In this document: one piece after another, positions 1 to 50,300 of the stretch | How the letters are laid out: every line of letters starts with the position of its first letter | How positions within the stretch are numbered: position 1 is the stretch's first letter | NCBI GenBank assembly: GCA_951406725.2 | Contig: OX597839.1 | Coordinates: forward strand, 28,954,001-29,018,000 | Reading direction: 5' to 3' | DNA: 64,000 nucleotides | Origin: Octopus vulgaris | Taxonomy: Eukaryota | The notes under the pieces: model-generated | Databases searched by the model: none | Seen by the model: the letters and a program-made list of their open reading frames with translations, nothing else | Told to the model about the DNA's origin: nothing | Made by a program: the position numbers and the translations under genes

Positions 1-134
1 GGAGTGGCTGTGTGGTAAGTAGTTTGCTTACCAACCACATGGTTCCAGGTTCAATCCCACTGCATGACATCTTGGGCAAGTGTCAACCAAGGCCTTGTGA
101 GTGGGTCTGGTAGATGGAAACTGAAAGAAACCGT

Positions 135-173
<39 letters not shown>

Positions 174-454
174 CAGGTTTTTCAGTTTCTAGTATACATG
201 CATGGAACCGAGTATATACTCAATTCCTGTGCAGCAAGGGTTAACTGCACCTTGAGCCCCTTTGGGACCCTATTATCATTATGGCTTACCATACTTTCAA
301 GACACCCTCCTCCATTGCTGATTATGTTGCCAATTGTTTCCCCTCTCCCTTGTTTTCATCTTTGGACTGTAGCCAGGGCCAGGCTGGGGCACTGCCTTGA
401 GGGGTTTAGGGTTTTTGAATCAAACCCGGTACTTATTTCATTTCAATAAGTAAG

Positions 455-845
455 TATGGTGTAAGAAGCTTTCTTCCTAACCACATGGCTCTGGGTTCAG
501 TCCCAATGCGTGGCACCTTCGGCAAGTGTCTTCTACTATAGCCTTGGGCTGACCAAAGCCTTGTGAGTGGATTTGGTAGACGGAAACTGAAAGAAGCCTG
601 TCGTATATATGTATATGTGCGTATATATTTGTGTGCGTGTGTGTATCTTTGTGTCTGTGTTTGTCTCCCCACCACTGCTTGACAACCGGTGTTGGTGTGT
701 TTATGTCCTTGTAACTTAGTGGTTCGGTAATAGAGACCGATAGAATACGTGCCTGGCTTAAAAATAATAAAATCCTAGGCTCGACCTGTTCGACTGAAAT
801 CCTTCAAAGTGGTGCTCCAGCATGACCGAAACAAATAAAAGAATG
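455..845 (+). mobile_element. Dominant tRNA-derived SINE (family A), representative copy
   Basis: tRNA-like head (GGGTTCAGTCCC B box), GGCACCTT..GCAAGTGTCTT centre, GGTGCTCCAGCATG tail. Many more copies, e.g. 1-135, 5790-6140, 14215-14528, 29935-30265, 33515-34080, 56225-56600, 60020-60310. Confidence 0.85.
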
Positions 846-1203
846 AGAGGAGAGAGAGAGAGAAGGAGATGTAGAATCAAAGTGCCAATGAGGTGAGCTG
901 GAAATTAGAGAAAAAGAATAAAAATTAAGAAAAAAAAATCACCATGTTCATTACCTGTGCATGTTGACCTTTGTTTACCATACAAACAGTTTAATGACCT
1001 TTCTACACCACCACCACCACCACCACCACCACCATAGCCACTGTTGCTTGCCGTTTGGCATCCCCTGCCTCCACCTGAGCAATTGGGCAACATTTCAATC
1101 ACTCCGCCCCCCCCCCCACTGCATTTCACTCACCACCTGCCGCTTGTATGCAGTGATGTATTTGATAAGGCAGTCATTTGCGTTAAATGATGAGGAAGAT
1201 AAC

Positions 1204-1234
<31 letters not shown>

Positions 1235-1348
1235 TTGTTGAGGAGGAGGAAGGTAGCATACAGTTGCCATTTAAAAGCAATTTACAGGTATATATATATA
1301 GATATATAAATATATAGACACACACACACATATGTATGTATGTCTATG

Positions 1349-1381
<33 letters not shown>

Positions 1382-3166
1382 ATGAATAATAGACTTGGCC
1401 TTTATACAAAATTGCCAGCAGCTCAAAAGGCATTTTCAGACAGAGGAAAGGAGGTGGGGCTGGGGGAAGGAAGAGGAGGAGGAGGAGGAGATTGTGGATG
1501 AGGAAGTGAGTTATCTAATCACCACCACCACCACCACCAACATCACCCTCTGTTGCTAGCATCAGCACCACCATCGCCGCTGCTACCTCTACCACAGCCA
1601 ATCAACCACCACCACCAACACACAAAAGCTGTTATAGTATTTTCTCCCCCCCCCCCACTGGTTCAATCATCCAAGGATTGCATCACATGATGCCCGTGCC
1701 CCCACGTCTCTTACACACACCTACGTTAAATCATCATCATTCCAGCATGGACCACTCATGACCAACATGATGATGATGATGATGATGTAACGCCAACAAC
1801 AATGACACCATCATCGACCCAACCTGGTAAACGCCACCCTCGCTCGACCTTCCTTCACTCACTGCACCCCAAAGCCCTACCCCAATGCCAAGATGGAACC
1901 CTCTGCATCTACAATCATACTTGTTACACCCACTCTGCTGCCAACCAAATGTTTTACCGTCTGCTCATAAGGGGGGGGGGGAGGCAACCAAAAAACTTCC
2001 CCAGAAAAGTAAAACAAGAATCAAGATTAAAAAAATTCACACAAACCATCCTCATCAGAAAAGTACATCACCAATCCTAACCACCATGGCCACCACCAAT
2101 GAAATACTACTACTGTTGCTACCACCACCACCACCACCTTCTCTCTAAAGTTGTCATTTAACCCCAGGTCATGTCAGATCAAGTAGACCTTTTGGTCAAA
2201 TTACATTCCAGATATGGCCATCTCGGCTTTTACTCAAACATAATGCAGGTAGAATTACTTCATTCAATGCAGCCTTTTTTATTTTTATTTTTTAGATGTT
2301 AGGATATGATTTCAGTAATACTTAGCTGCTATTTCTAGCTGATTGAATGAATAGAAAATGGCTCTTTCGTTGGTTCATTTTCTCTTCAGTTGTCATTTCT
2401 CTGTCAAATGTAATGCTTTTTTATTCGCACTGATTTGAATTTGTCATGCATCACTTTGTAGCTTTGAGAGTTCAATGACGCGATTGCTTATATTAAGAAT
2501 AATATTGTAGGGTAAGTGTGACAGGCCAGATCTGGCGAGGTTGAAGATAAACCAGGATGATTACTTAGGCTGGATATGACTAAAATGTTAAGCTGAGGTC
2601 AGCTCTGATCAAACAGGGCACACCTTGTCTTAGCATCACATGATGATTGTAAAGAAGCTTCACTGTTATACAAGCAGTGTTGTTTGTTTCCAGTCTTCAG
2701 TGAAAACTGTGCCTGACCAAGGAAGGGGGGGGATATTACTTCGACTGGAAACAGGTGAGGGCAGGTGATAGGGAGGGCATCCGGCTGTCAAAAGTCTGCC
2801 TCAACAAATTCTGTATGATGCATGCAAGCATGGAGTGGGGGCGTGTGGTTTAGTGGTTAGGGTGTCAGACTCATTATCGTGAGATTGTGGTTTCAATTCT
2901 TGGACCAGGTGATGCATTGTGTTCTTGAGCAAGACACTTCATTTCATTTTTGCTCAAAAACCAAGTAATCCTGCGATGGACTAGTGTCCCCCCCTGCAGT
3001 CAAAGTGGGGAATTAAGGGCCATGAAACTGGCCTTTATGAGTCAACATAAGGTAACTTTATTTTTATGCAAGCATGGGAAAGTGGACGATAAAATGATGA
3101 TGATGATGATGATGATATACAGACAGACAGAGAAACAATCAGATAGGTAGATAACGAGTTGCTTAC

Positions 3167-41051
<37,885 letters not shown>

Positions 41052-41284
41052 TTTGAAAAAAAGAAACAACTTTAGTTTCGCATTAACCGATACACATTTG
41101 GGTTTTATTTAAGCATTTAAAACATGTCTCATTGTTGAAGCTTGTTTAAAATATACAAAAATCTACTTTAGTCTTATTCAGACTTTGAAATTATCATTTT
41201 TGTTTTATTTGTAAATCCCCCCTGTTTTGCCGAAACTAAAGATGCTAGTTCTTCTCCCGTGAAATGCCGACCTGACGATCCGAC
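41052..41284. promoter_or_regulatory. Shared bidirectional promoter and 5'UTR region between MRPL44 and MRPL57
   Basis: 233 bp between divergent ATGs, no recognisable repeat, CpG-retaining neighbourhood. TSS positions not determinable from sequence. Confidence 0.75.
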
Positions 41285-41352
41285 ATGAGACTCACGCTTG
41301 TTTCTTGTTTCTTCAAGAAACTCCAACATATTCCCGGACACTTGACAAAAGG
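41285..41352 (+). CDS. MRPL57: MRPL57 coding exon 1
   Basis: ATG at 41285, IPG motif, phase-2 donor GG|gtaggt. Confidence 0.88.
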
Positions 41353-44300
41353 GTAGGTTTATTAATATACTCCAATGAAATGTTTCAATAATACATTTAA
41401 CGAATTCAGCTCACACACATTTTTTTCACTTGTTGTTTTGGCCAACCCCGACCCAAGCAAACCTATTATGAAAGGCGCTCCAGTTATGACTACCCCGTCC
41501 TTTTTATTTTCTTATCCCTTTCATTTACTGTATTTCTGTTGAGATGCTCTAAGTTTCTTTCAATTGCTTTAAATATAACGAAGAATTTAGTAAAATAACT
41601 TATCTTTCATTTAGAAAGTGTTAGGAACATAAATTGTGACAAAAGTTTGGTGGAAGATTTTGATTCAGAACTTATGAAAACAAGACATTTGTATTCAGAG
41701 CCCAGAGGCGGTTTCACCCAGGTTGGTAATGAAAGGGTTATTAAGGCAGTTCTATGGGACCGCATTCTCCTATGTGTTATTTGAAATACAGTAGAGTATT
41801 ATCGAAGGTTGTCTGCTGTTTCTAGCCATTGCGTGACCGTATAAAGGCCTCCTTCGTTTTTGTTTATTCCTAGGTCATTCTTGACAGAACAGCCCTAGTA
41901 TCTAACCTTTGGTTTGACCCTTTGTCAAGGACATTCCAGCTGTGACTACCTCTTTTTTTAGTGGCACCTAGGACTGTATTACCGAATGCAGTGGTTCCCA
42001 ACACGGCGGAGGTAAAGAATACGCACACCATCCGTTTTCCACGTAATTCGAACCCTTAACACCGCGTGTTGTGCCTATTCTTTACCGTCGCCCTTCGCTC
42101 CGACCTTCTTCTAGCTCGTCTCCAATCTTAATTTTTCTGTGGCCCCAAACTAGACATAGGTAACCTTTCTCAAAAAGCGGGTTGCATGAGACATGACTCG
42201 TCAGGCGGGTCGCATCGCAACCCCGCCGCCAAATTCAAGTTATTTTTTTGTGAGGTTTACCATTTCAGGAAGTTCCGCGGCCGTCATTTTGCCCATGGTC
42301 GCCCTCGACCCTCAGAAACATTATAGCACTGTCCTAAAGTCCTAAAGAGGCAATATACTCATTAGGGATTGTCATTTAAATTCTGGTTTAAGCACTTCAT
42401 ATTACCCACCTTATGAACTTCAAAGCATTAACACAGTATTTAATTCATACGAGACATTTTCAATACCTGTTTGATGCTTCATTCATCGATAATAAATTAT
42501 TATTGAAGTATCAAACGAATCCTTTCTCGGCCAAAATTCTATATTAAGCACCCCATATAACTCTTCATGGTAGAATTCTGTTTTAAGCGCTCTAACTTTT
42601 AGTTTTTTTTAATTCATTCAATTATGCAGAAAAGAAAAAGGGAAAATATGTGATTTAAAAGAGCCATTTAGCTGTTATTTTTAACCCATCCCACGACTAC
42701 CAGATACCTTTCTCGTTTCTTAGTAACTCTCTTTTTTTATGACTGAACTTAAGATACAGAAAATGCATTGCTGCTTTTGCATGCAGCATACCACAGTATC
42801 TGCAGTCCACACTGTAAAATGACCTGATCTGGGTTAAAGTTAGACTGCAAGCTAAAGTGCAAATGGCCAGGTGGATTACACAGTCAAGTGGCACTGAAAA
42901 CGCATTGTGTATAGGGAATGTATGTATGTTTTTGCGTATAAATATTAAAGAATTACAGAAGTAATCGAAAATTTCAGGAAGAAACAGCTAGTTGTGTGAC
43001 TCCCTTCATCAGGCCTGTGTCCCTGCTCCCTAATTCTGAACTTTGCTATGGGACCAGGTTGGGAAACACAGATGTAATGTATCGTTTTCAAATTTTAAAC
43101 ATTAGGATGTGATTTGAAGTAGATTTCATTCTTGTTTGTAGTGTTTCAGATGACCCACGAGAAATAGCCCATGGCTTCTCTTGTAGAAACAGTTTGTTAT
43201 AAAGATTGTCACCATATTTTGATTGTCAAATGCACCCTCCCCCACTTCCATGTAGAGTGTGTAAAACCATCTACATTGAAAAGTCTTAGAGGAGAAAGCC
43301 TATGGCTTTCTCCTCTAAGACACTTGCTCAAGGAGCCATGCTGTGAGATTGAACCTAAAATTTAATTCACTACCATTGTTGTTTTAATGTCCACTTTTCC
43401 GTGCTTGCATGGGTCAGACGAATGTCTTTGAGCCGGATGTTTCATGGCTTGACGTGCTTCCTGTCACCAACCCTCATCTGTTTCCAAGTGAGATAATACT
43501 TCCCCTTGGCCAGACATGTTTTCGTGGAAGATTGCAAACAACAGACACTTCTTGCATGATGGCAACACTCGTTCACAACTATCATGTCATGTCAAGGCAA
43601 AGAAACGCAAACACACACATGCTGGGCTTCTTCCAGTTTCTATCTACCAAGTCAGATATTAACCCTTAGCCTATCCAAAGCTTTTTCGTAAGTTTGACCT
43701 AAACGTCCATGCTTATTTCCAGAATTTAGTTAACCCTTCTTTCATACATTCTGAGTAATATAAAGCTTTCCTTTCACAAGTCCCAAGTTACTCTGGTGGT
43801 TGAAACAAAATGCTAATGTGTATCTTATGATGTAGGGACTCCAGGGAAACATGTGATACACAGGACAAAGGATTAAAAATGTCTAGTAGAGATGCTTTTT
43901 CTTTCTAAAATTACCTTATAATCACCTGACAATGTCAGATGTTTATTGACAAACACAGAATCATTTGATTCTGGTAGGTTTTGTTGTTGTTAAGGCCAAG
44001 TTTAACCTGTGACCATCCCCTTCTTACCTCAGATTTTGGATCCCTTGGGCTATATTAGTCAGTGTGTCCATTTCCCTTTCAAGGCAGTAGGGTGTTATTT
44101 GTAGGGAAATTTGGTTACTATTTCTAGTAGGTCGAACGACTAGGTTGAGCCACGTTATTTTTTCTTTTTTTAGCCCCAACTTCACCTTCAATAAACAGCT
44201 GTACCCGTTTCATTTTACCAATGCCACAATATTCAATGTACCTTATTCTAAGACAGTAGAATGTGATTCGAGTGAGATTAGACTGCAACTTCTAGCAGAT

Positions 44301-47300
44301 CGAGCTATCACATAGTAATTCTCTCATTAGTATAGATGAGGTTGAAGCACAAATATCACGTCCTTTCTAGACCTTTCTACATTGGAGTTTAAATATTCTT
44401 CATGTATAGGCTGTACTTTTTTTTTGTTATTGTTTAACCCCAGGTCAGTTCTAATGGACTGCCACTATGATCAGAATTATTTCATTCTTTTACCTGGTAT
44501 AGTGTAACTAGGACAACATAATCGTGTCCATTTAAAAAATCTGATTAGAAGGCAATTCGCCGGCAATTCTTGCCTATCAATTGAGAACGACGGTGACACG
44601 CTCTGTCAGGTCATTGAATGCGAGCTGGCAGAACTGTTAGCGTGTCGGATAAAATGCTTAGCAGCATTTTTCCGGCTTTACATGCCTTTAATCTTTTCAG
44701 ATCGATAAAATAAGTACTTTAGTTTATAGTAGGAAGACTTATTAAATTCTCTAGGTTTTGCGAAGTTACCTCCCCTGTTGCAGAGTTATCTGCTCTTCAT
44801 TTGAAGGACATCTCTCATTAACAAAGAGGCGAAAGGTCAAACCAACAAAGTTCTCTCCCTTCATTGAAGAGCGCATTCAATGGTTGCTTCATTGATTCGC
44901 TAAATTAGAAAAAATAGAAATAATTATTTTTTCTTCTTAAAACTAATTAATCTGAGAAACAAATTATCATTATGATTATTTTGTTATAAAAGAAAATAAA
45001 AAAAAAAATCTGTAGGCGCAGGCGTGGCTGTGTGGTTAAGATGCTTGCTTCCCAACCACTCTGTTTCGCGTTCAGTCCCACTGCCCGGCACATTGAGCAA
45101 GTGTCTTTTATTATATTCTATCGTTCCTTTTGCCGAACCTCTTAGTTGTAGGGACGTAAACAAACCAACACAAATTGTCAAGCGGTGGTTGGGGACAAAC
45201 ACAGGAAAACACACAAACATGCACGTTATGTACAACGGGATTCTTTCAGTTTCCGTCTAAAAAATCCACTCAAAACTTTGGTCGGCCCGAGGTTATAGAA
45301 GATGCTTGCCCATGGTGCCACGCAGTAGGACTGAACCCAGAACCATAGTCATTGGGAAGCAAGCTTCTTTATTTCATTTAATTTTCCACAAGGGCAGCAT
45401 ACAGAGAGAAGCTTGTGGGTGGACATGGACAAGATGAGATGAAATGAAACATAATGATACGGATGAGAGGGATGTCAGCACCCACCGACCGACAAACCCT
45501 CGAATACAAAGTTTCTTACAACAATTCTCTTTGTCAAGTCTCCCAAGCTAAGTGACTTGCCGTCTGCAGACAACTCTGCATCGACAAGTCGGGGCCTGCA
45601 AAGAGGAAAGCAAATTCTTCCTTGTCAAATTTGCCATCAAGATATAGGACAAGATACTGTGATAGCCTGGGCTTCAGAGGCCCACAGCTCTTCAATATCC
45701 TGCCAAAGAACCTGAGAGACCTGCATGGGGTGGATGCAGATTTCTTTAAAATAAAACTGGATCTCTTCCTGTCAGGTGTCCCGGATGAACCAACTTCACG
45801 GCAGGAGGTGCAGATGAGGGCAGCTGCATCGAACTCTCTCATGCACCAAATGGCAATTGCTAAAAAGCATTTGTGAAGTAAAATCATGTAGCAACAACAA
45901 ATGGCGGTGCCCCAGCATGGCCACAGCTCGTGAGCTGAAACTAGATAAATTATATAAACTAAAAAAATAAAAAAGGTCACTGTGACCCTTGACAAAATTT
46001 ATTCAGTTACTACCTCCGCAGCTACCTGCGGAGGCCATATCAGACTACTTGAGAAGACCGAGTACACACGTTCTTGGTCACCCAAGCCGTCCAAAAATTT
46101 ACTCACCGTCCCTCCCTTGTGGTAAAGGAGGACAAACACCTCCCCTTCACAAAAAAGGGACCTCACACTGCTCCGTCAGTGGCATACTTCCCACTGACGG
46201 AGCCCTATCCGCAGATGGCACACATCCTACCTGCGGCTCTGTTGGCGGGCCAGGAACATCCGCCGACCATCCTCTGCTCCTCTCTTTCCTCTTTCTTTTT
46301 GAGGTCGCGGGAGCAAGGGGCTGCGTCGATAGACGCAGGGGTCGCTACCCTCCTCCGCCGCCTGAACATTCTTTGGTGAGCAACCATTGTTACCTTTTTC
46401 TTTTCGTGGAGGCAACTTCCTCCACGACTTCCACCGTCTCCCCCTCCAATGAGGGGCCGGCGGGCACCTCTTTCTTATGCTCCAGGGCCCCACCACGGCC
46501 CCCTGGACAGTTCCTTTTGATATGGCCAGGGGTGGCGTCCCTAAAGTATCACCGGGTACCTGTACCCGGCCATTTTTAGGAAATCTGGAAACATCATGTC
46601 TCCCACAGCCACTGAGGTCCACAGGGTCAAAGTTGCCTTTGACTCCTCCCAGTCGACTGCGGCAGTAATCTTTACACTCAATAGCCTGGGCCCGCTATCC
46701 CCCAGGCCTCGCCGGATGGTCTTCTCGATCCATCCCGCCTCTGTGCCCGGGGCAGCCCGCACACCCAAGCTCTTCTTATCTTCCTCCCACAATAAGTGGG
46801 GAGGAACAAAATTTCTTTTCCCTCAAGGGGCTTGCTGGCAAATCTGCCAGCTTCCTCGGGGATACTAAACAGCAACCAGACCGTTGCAAATTTGGTCCCC
46901 CGTGAAATAAATTTTATAGTTGGCAGGAAGTCTGCCAACTCTCTATTATGCTCTTGTCGAAGAAGGCAATGGCACCACATGACCTAGAATAGGTCTGTAG
47001 TACCACCGTCCTCATCTCAAGATCTTTAATCCACTGTTTGGGTGGGACTACCTCCCACTCCAAAACAGTTGCACTGTTTGTTTTTGCCATGTGGAAAAAA
47101 GAAAGTCTTAAAAGTTCCAGAAAAAAGTTCAAAGAGAATGTAAAAAAACTTATCGGTTCGGCAAAAAGAAATCAATAAAATGAGTACCAATGCTTAGTTG
47201 GGAAAAAAAAAAAAAAGCAAAAGAATTGGTGTCGATTTGTTCGGCTCAACCTTTCATGGCTGTGCCCCAGCATGACCGCAGTCCAGTGACTAAAACGAGT

Positions 47301-50300
47301 TAAAGAAAGATTAAATATGAAAGTCCCTCGTTTAAATGTCACGTAGTAATCTTTTTTCAAATAGACAACCCTGTATTGCATTTTCATTTCCTTTTTTTTG
47401 TCTCCAATTTTAATGTTAAATTCCTGTGTGTCATTTTCAAGCTTTTCCGTAGAATTTAAATTACTGGTCATTAGAGAGAAATGCTATTCAAATGTAACGC
47501 GCAGTTCACATAACCTTAAGGGATGTCGTTTAAAGTATCTGAAATTTCTAATTAAATACTTGTACTTCGCCTTGAACATAATTAGATTTTATGTTTTCCG
47601 TTTTTATTATTTCTATTTTATTTCTATAGGAACCAAATAAATTTTAAAACAAAAATAAATATATTTTATTGATTTATTCCGATCAGGCTCTCCTTTCAAG
47701 GAAGACAACTCGGATGAGCAAGTATCTTAATGGAAGGTGTTAAGCTAACGTGGTAGAAATGGCTGCTTTATATCCCTCGTAGTGTCTTACAAAGGGGAGG
47801 AGTTTCTCGTTGGTAGGCATTCAGACAAGTGTCTAAATGAGTGGTTTTCAGGCATTTTTACCCATGGACTTGATTCCTGTTTTAGTCTACTGGACTGACA
47901 TAGCCATCCAGTGCATATATATATCTTCTATGATATAAATTGGACATGAGCGATCGTTGTATTCTTTCTTGTCTCGAGGTTCACAGCTAAACGACTGGGT
48001 GGATTCGCATGAAAAATGGCACACATGTGGAGATGGGTGCATACATTGGAATCCGGTTTTTTCCTGGCCCCCATAGTTACTGAGAAAACTGATTAAAACT
48101 TTTTCTAATGGAATTTCCCTCATTGTTCTGCCATTAAAACCAGGATAGTTTTATAACCCCCCCCCCATCCAGAAGATGAACATGGGAAAAGTCGTATCAC
48201 TGCCTGCAAAACTTCAAACACCACAAACCTATTTGTGTTTGTCTCTCCTCTTCACTCACTTGACAACCTCTGTTGACTTGTTTCTGTTCCTATACATTAG
48301 CAGTTCAGCAAAAGGAGACTGATAAAATAACTACTGATCTTAAAAAAATATTGCAGTCAATTTATTTGAAGCTCATCAAGGCCCCCCAGCATGGCTGCAG
48401 TTCAGTGAATGAAACAAGGCACAAGTAGATATCTCTATATAGACAGGTCGTTGTTGACTTATGACCACAACTGGTTCTGACTGATTGGTCGCAAGTCAAT
48501 TTGGTCATTAGTCGGCCTATAGGCCTATATAACTTTGTTTTATATTTTTACATTCTTCAGGTACATTCTCAGGTAAATGTCACACTCAGCATTCTGTATT
48601 GTATTACAACAGTGCTATTTGTACATAGAAAAGCACCAAAGAATGCAAATACGAGAAATACACAAATTAGTGGAAGAAAATAGTTGCAAAATTTACATAA
48701 AAATTTGTTGTTGACTGGAGCTTGGCTGTGGATCTTTGATGTTTGTCACTAATTTGTATATTTCTCATATTTGCATTCTTTGGTGCTTTTCTATGTACAA
48801 ATAGCACTGTTGTAATACAATACAGAAGGCTGTGTGTGACATTTACCTGAGAATGTACCTGAAGAATTTCATCACCCATAGATGGGTTAATTTCTAAGAA
48901 AGGGTGTCTCTAAATGAATGTGTACAAACATATATAAATATAATATAAAAGCGTGGAGGCACATGGCCTAGTGGTTAGAGCAGTGGACTCGCGGTCGAAG
49001 GATCGCGGGTTCGAATCTCAGACTGGGCGATGTGTGTGTTTATGAGCGAAACACCTAAGCTCCGCGCGGCTCCGGCAGAAGGTAATGGTGAACTTCTGCT
49101 GACTCTTTCGCCACAACTTTCTCTCACTCTTTCCTCCTGCATCTTGCTGCTCACCTGCGACGGACCGGCGTCCCGTCCAGGTGGGAAAGCTATACGCCAA
49201 GAAACCGGGAAACCGGCCCTTATGAGCCACACATGGCTCGAGAAGGAACATGATATAAATGTATTTATTCTTAAATTGTGTATTGTTTAGAAATATCCTC
49301 TTCCTCATTGACAAGACGGGTTCCCTGTTTACAAACGAATTGAATGACACACTACTTCATTAAGATACAGAGAAGGAAATAATTTATTCTCAAGTGCAGA
49401 AATGCTGATAGAACAGTTGGATAAAATATCCATATTTTGCGGGAAAATTTGTCAGCAACCAGCCACGAGACTCAAACTGAAATCCCTTTGATTACCGGTC
49501 TAGTGCTTTACCAATTAAGCTAAACTGCCCACTGCAGTTTTTGAACTTATAAAGCTAGGATATAAGACGCTGTAGGTTAACTTCAAATTATGATACATGT
49601 AAACAAACAATATTTGCTTTGAGAAGCGTTGAGATGTATTGTAAGATAGAGATAAGGAAGTGATTTATTCTCAAATGCTGATAAAACAGCAGGATAAAGT
49701 CTCCATATTTTGCGGAAAAATTTGTCAGCACTTGACTGATAAAGGGATGTGGGTTTGAGTCTCATGTCTGGTTGCTCACAAATTTTCCCGCAAAATATGG
49801 AGACTTTATCCTGCTATATTATCAGCATTTCTGCGTTTGAGAATAAATTACTTCCTTATCTGAATCTTGTATATCTCAAAGCTCAAAGCTTCTAAAAGCA
49901 AGCATTGTTCGTTTACATTTATTGTAATTTGAATTAAGATACTTCATTACTCTCTCTTTTTACTCTTTTACTGGTTTCAGTCATTTGACTGTGGCCATGC
50001 TGGAGCACTGCCTCTAGTTGAGCAAATCGATCCCAGGACTTATTCTTTGTAAGCCTAGTACTTATTTTATTGTACTCTTTTGCCGAACCGCTAAGTTACG
50101 GGGATGCAAACACACCAGCATTGGTTGTTAAGCGATGTTGGGGGGACAAACACAGACACACAAACATATTTACATATATACGGCAGGCTTCTTTCAGTTT
50201 CCATCTACCAAATTCACTCACAAGGTTTTGGTCGGCCCGAGGCTATAGTAGAAGACATTTGCCCAAGGTGCCACGCTGTGGGACTGAACCCGGAACCATG

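Noticed and set aside
285-365. Possible final MRPL44 exon near a gtaagc donor
   Set aside because: No frame resembles the MRPL44 C-terminus; the terminal exon is probably outside the window.
905-2150. Poly-His/Gly/Asp/Ser ORFs and a donor-like CACAG|gtaatg at about 955 (minus)
   Set aside because: Trinucleotide microsatellites; no acceptor found and no match to the expected last MRPL44 exon (G.GE....AEE.AA).
42965-43015. CTGATGA-AGGGAG...CTTCCT-GAAA hammerhead-like core on the minus strand
   Set aside because: Stem I cannot form; chance match or heavily decayed.
45989-46579. 196-aa GC-rich plus-strand ORF
   Set aside because: Antisense shadow of the degenerate LINE ORF1 on the minus strand.
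48953-49030. tRNA gene-like sequences (also about 35800, 36130, 49455-49530, 62520)
   Set aside because: SINE heads that continue into repeat bodies and lack a complete cloverleaf and terminator.
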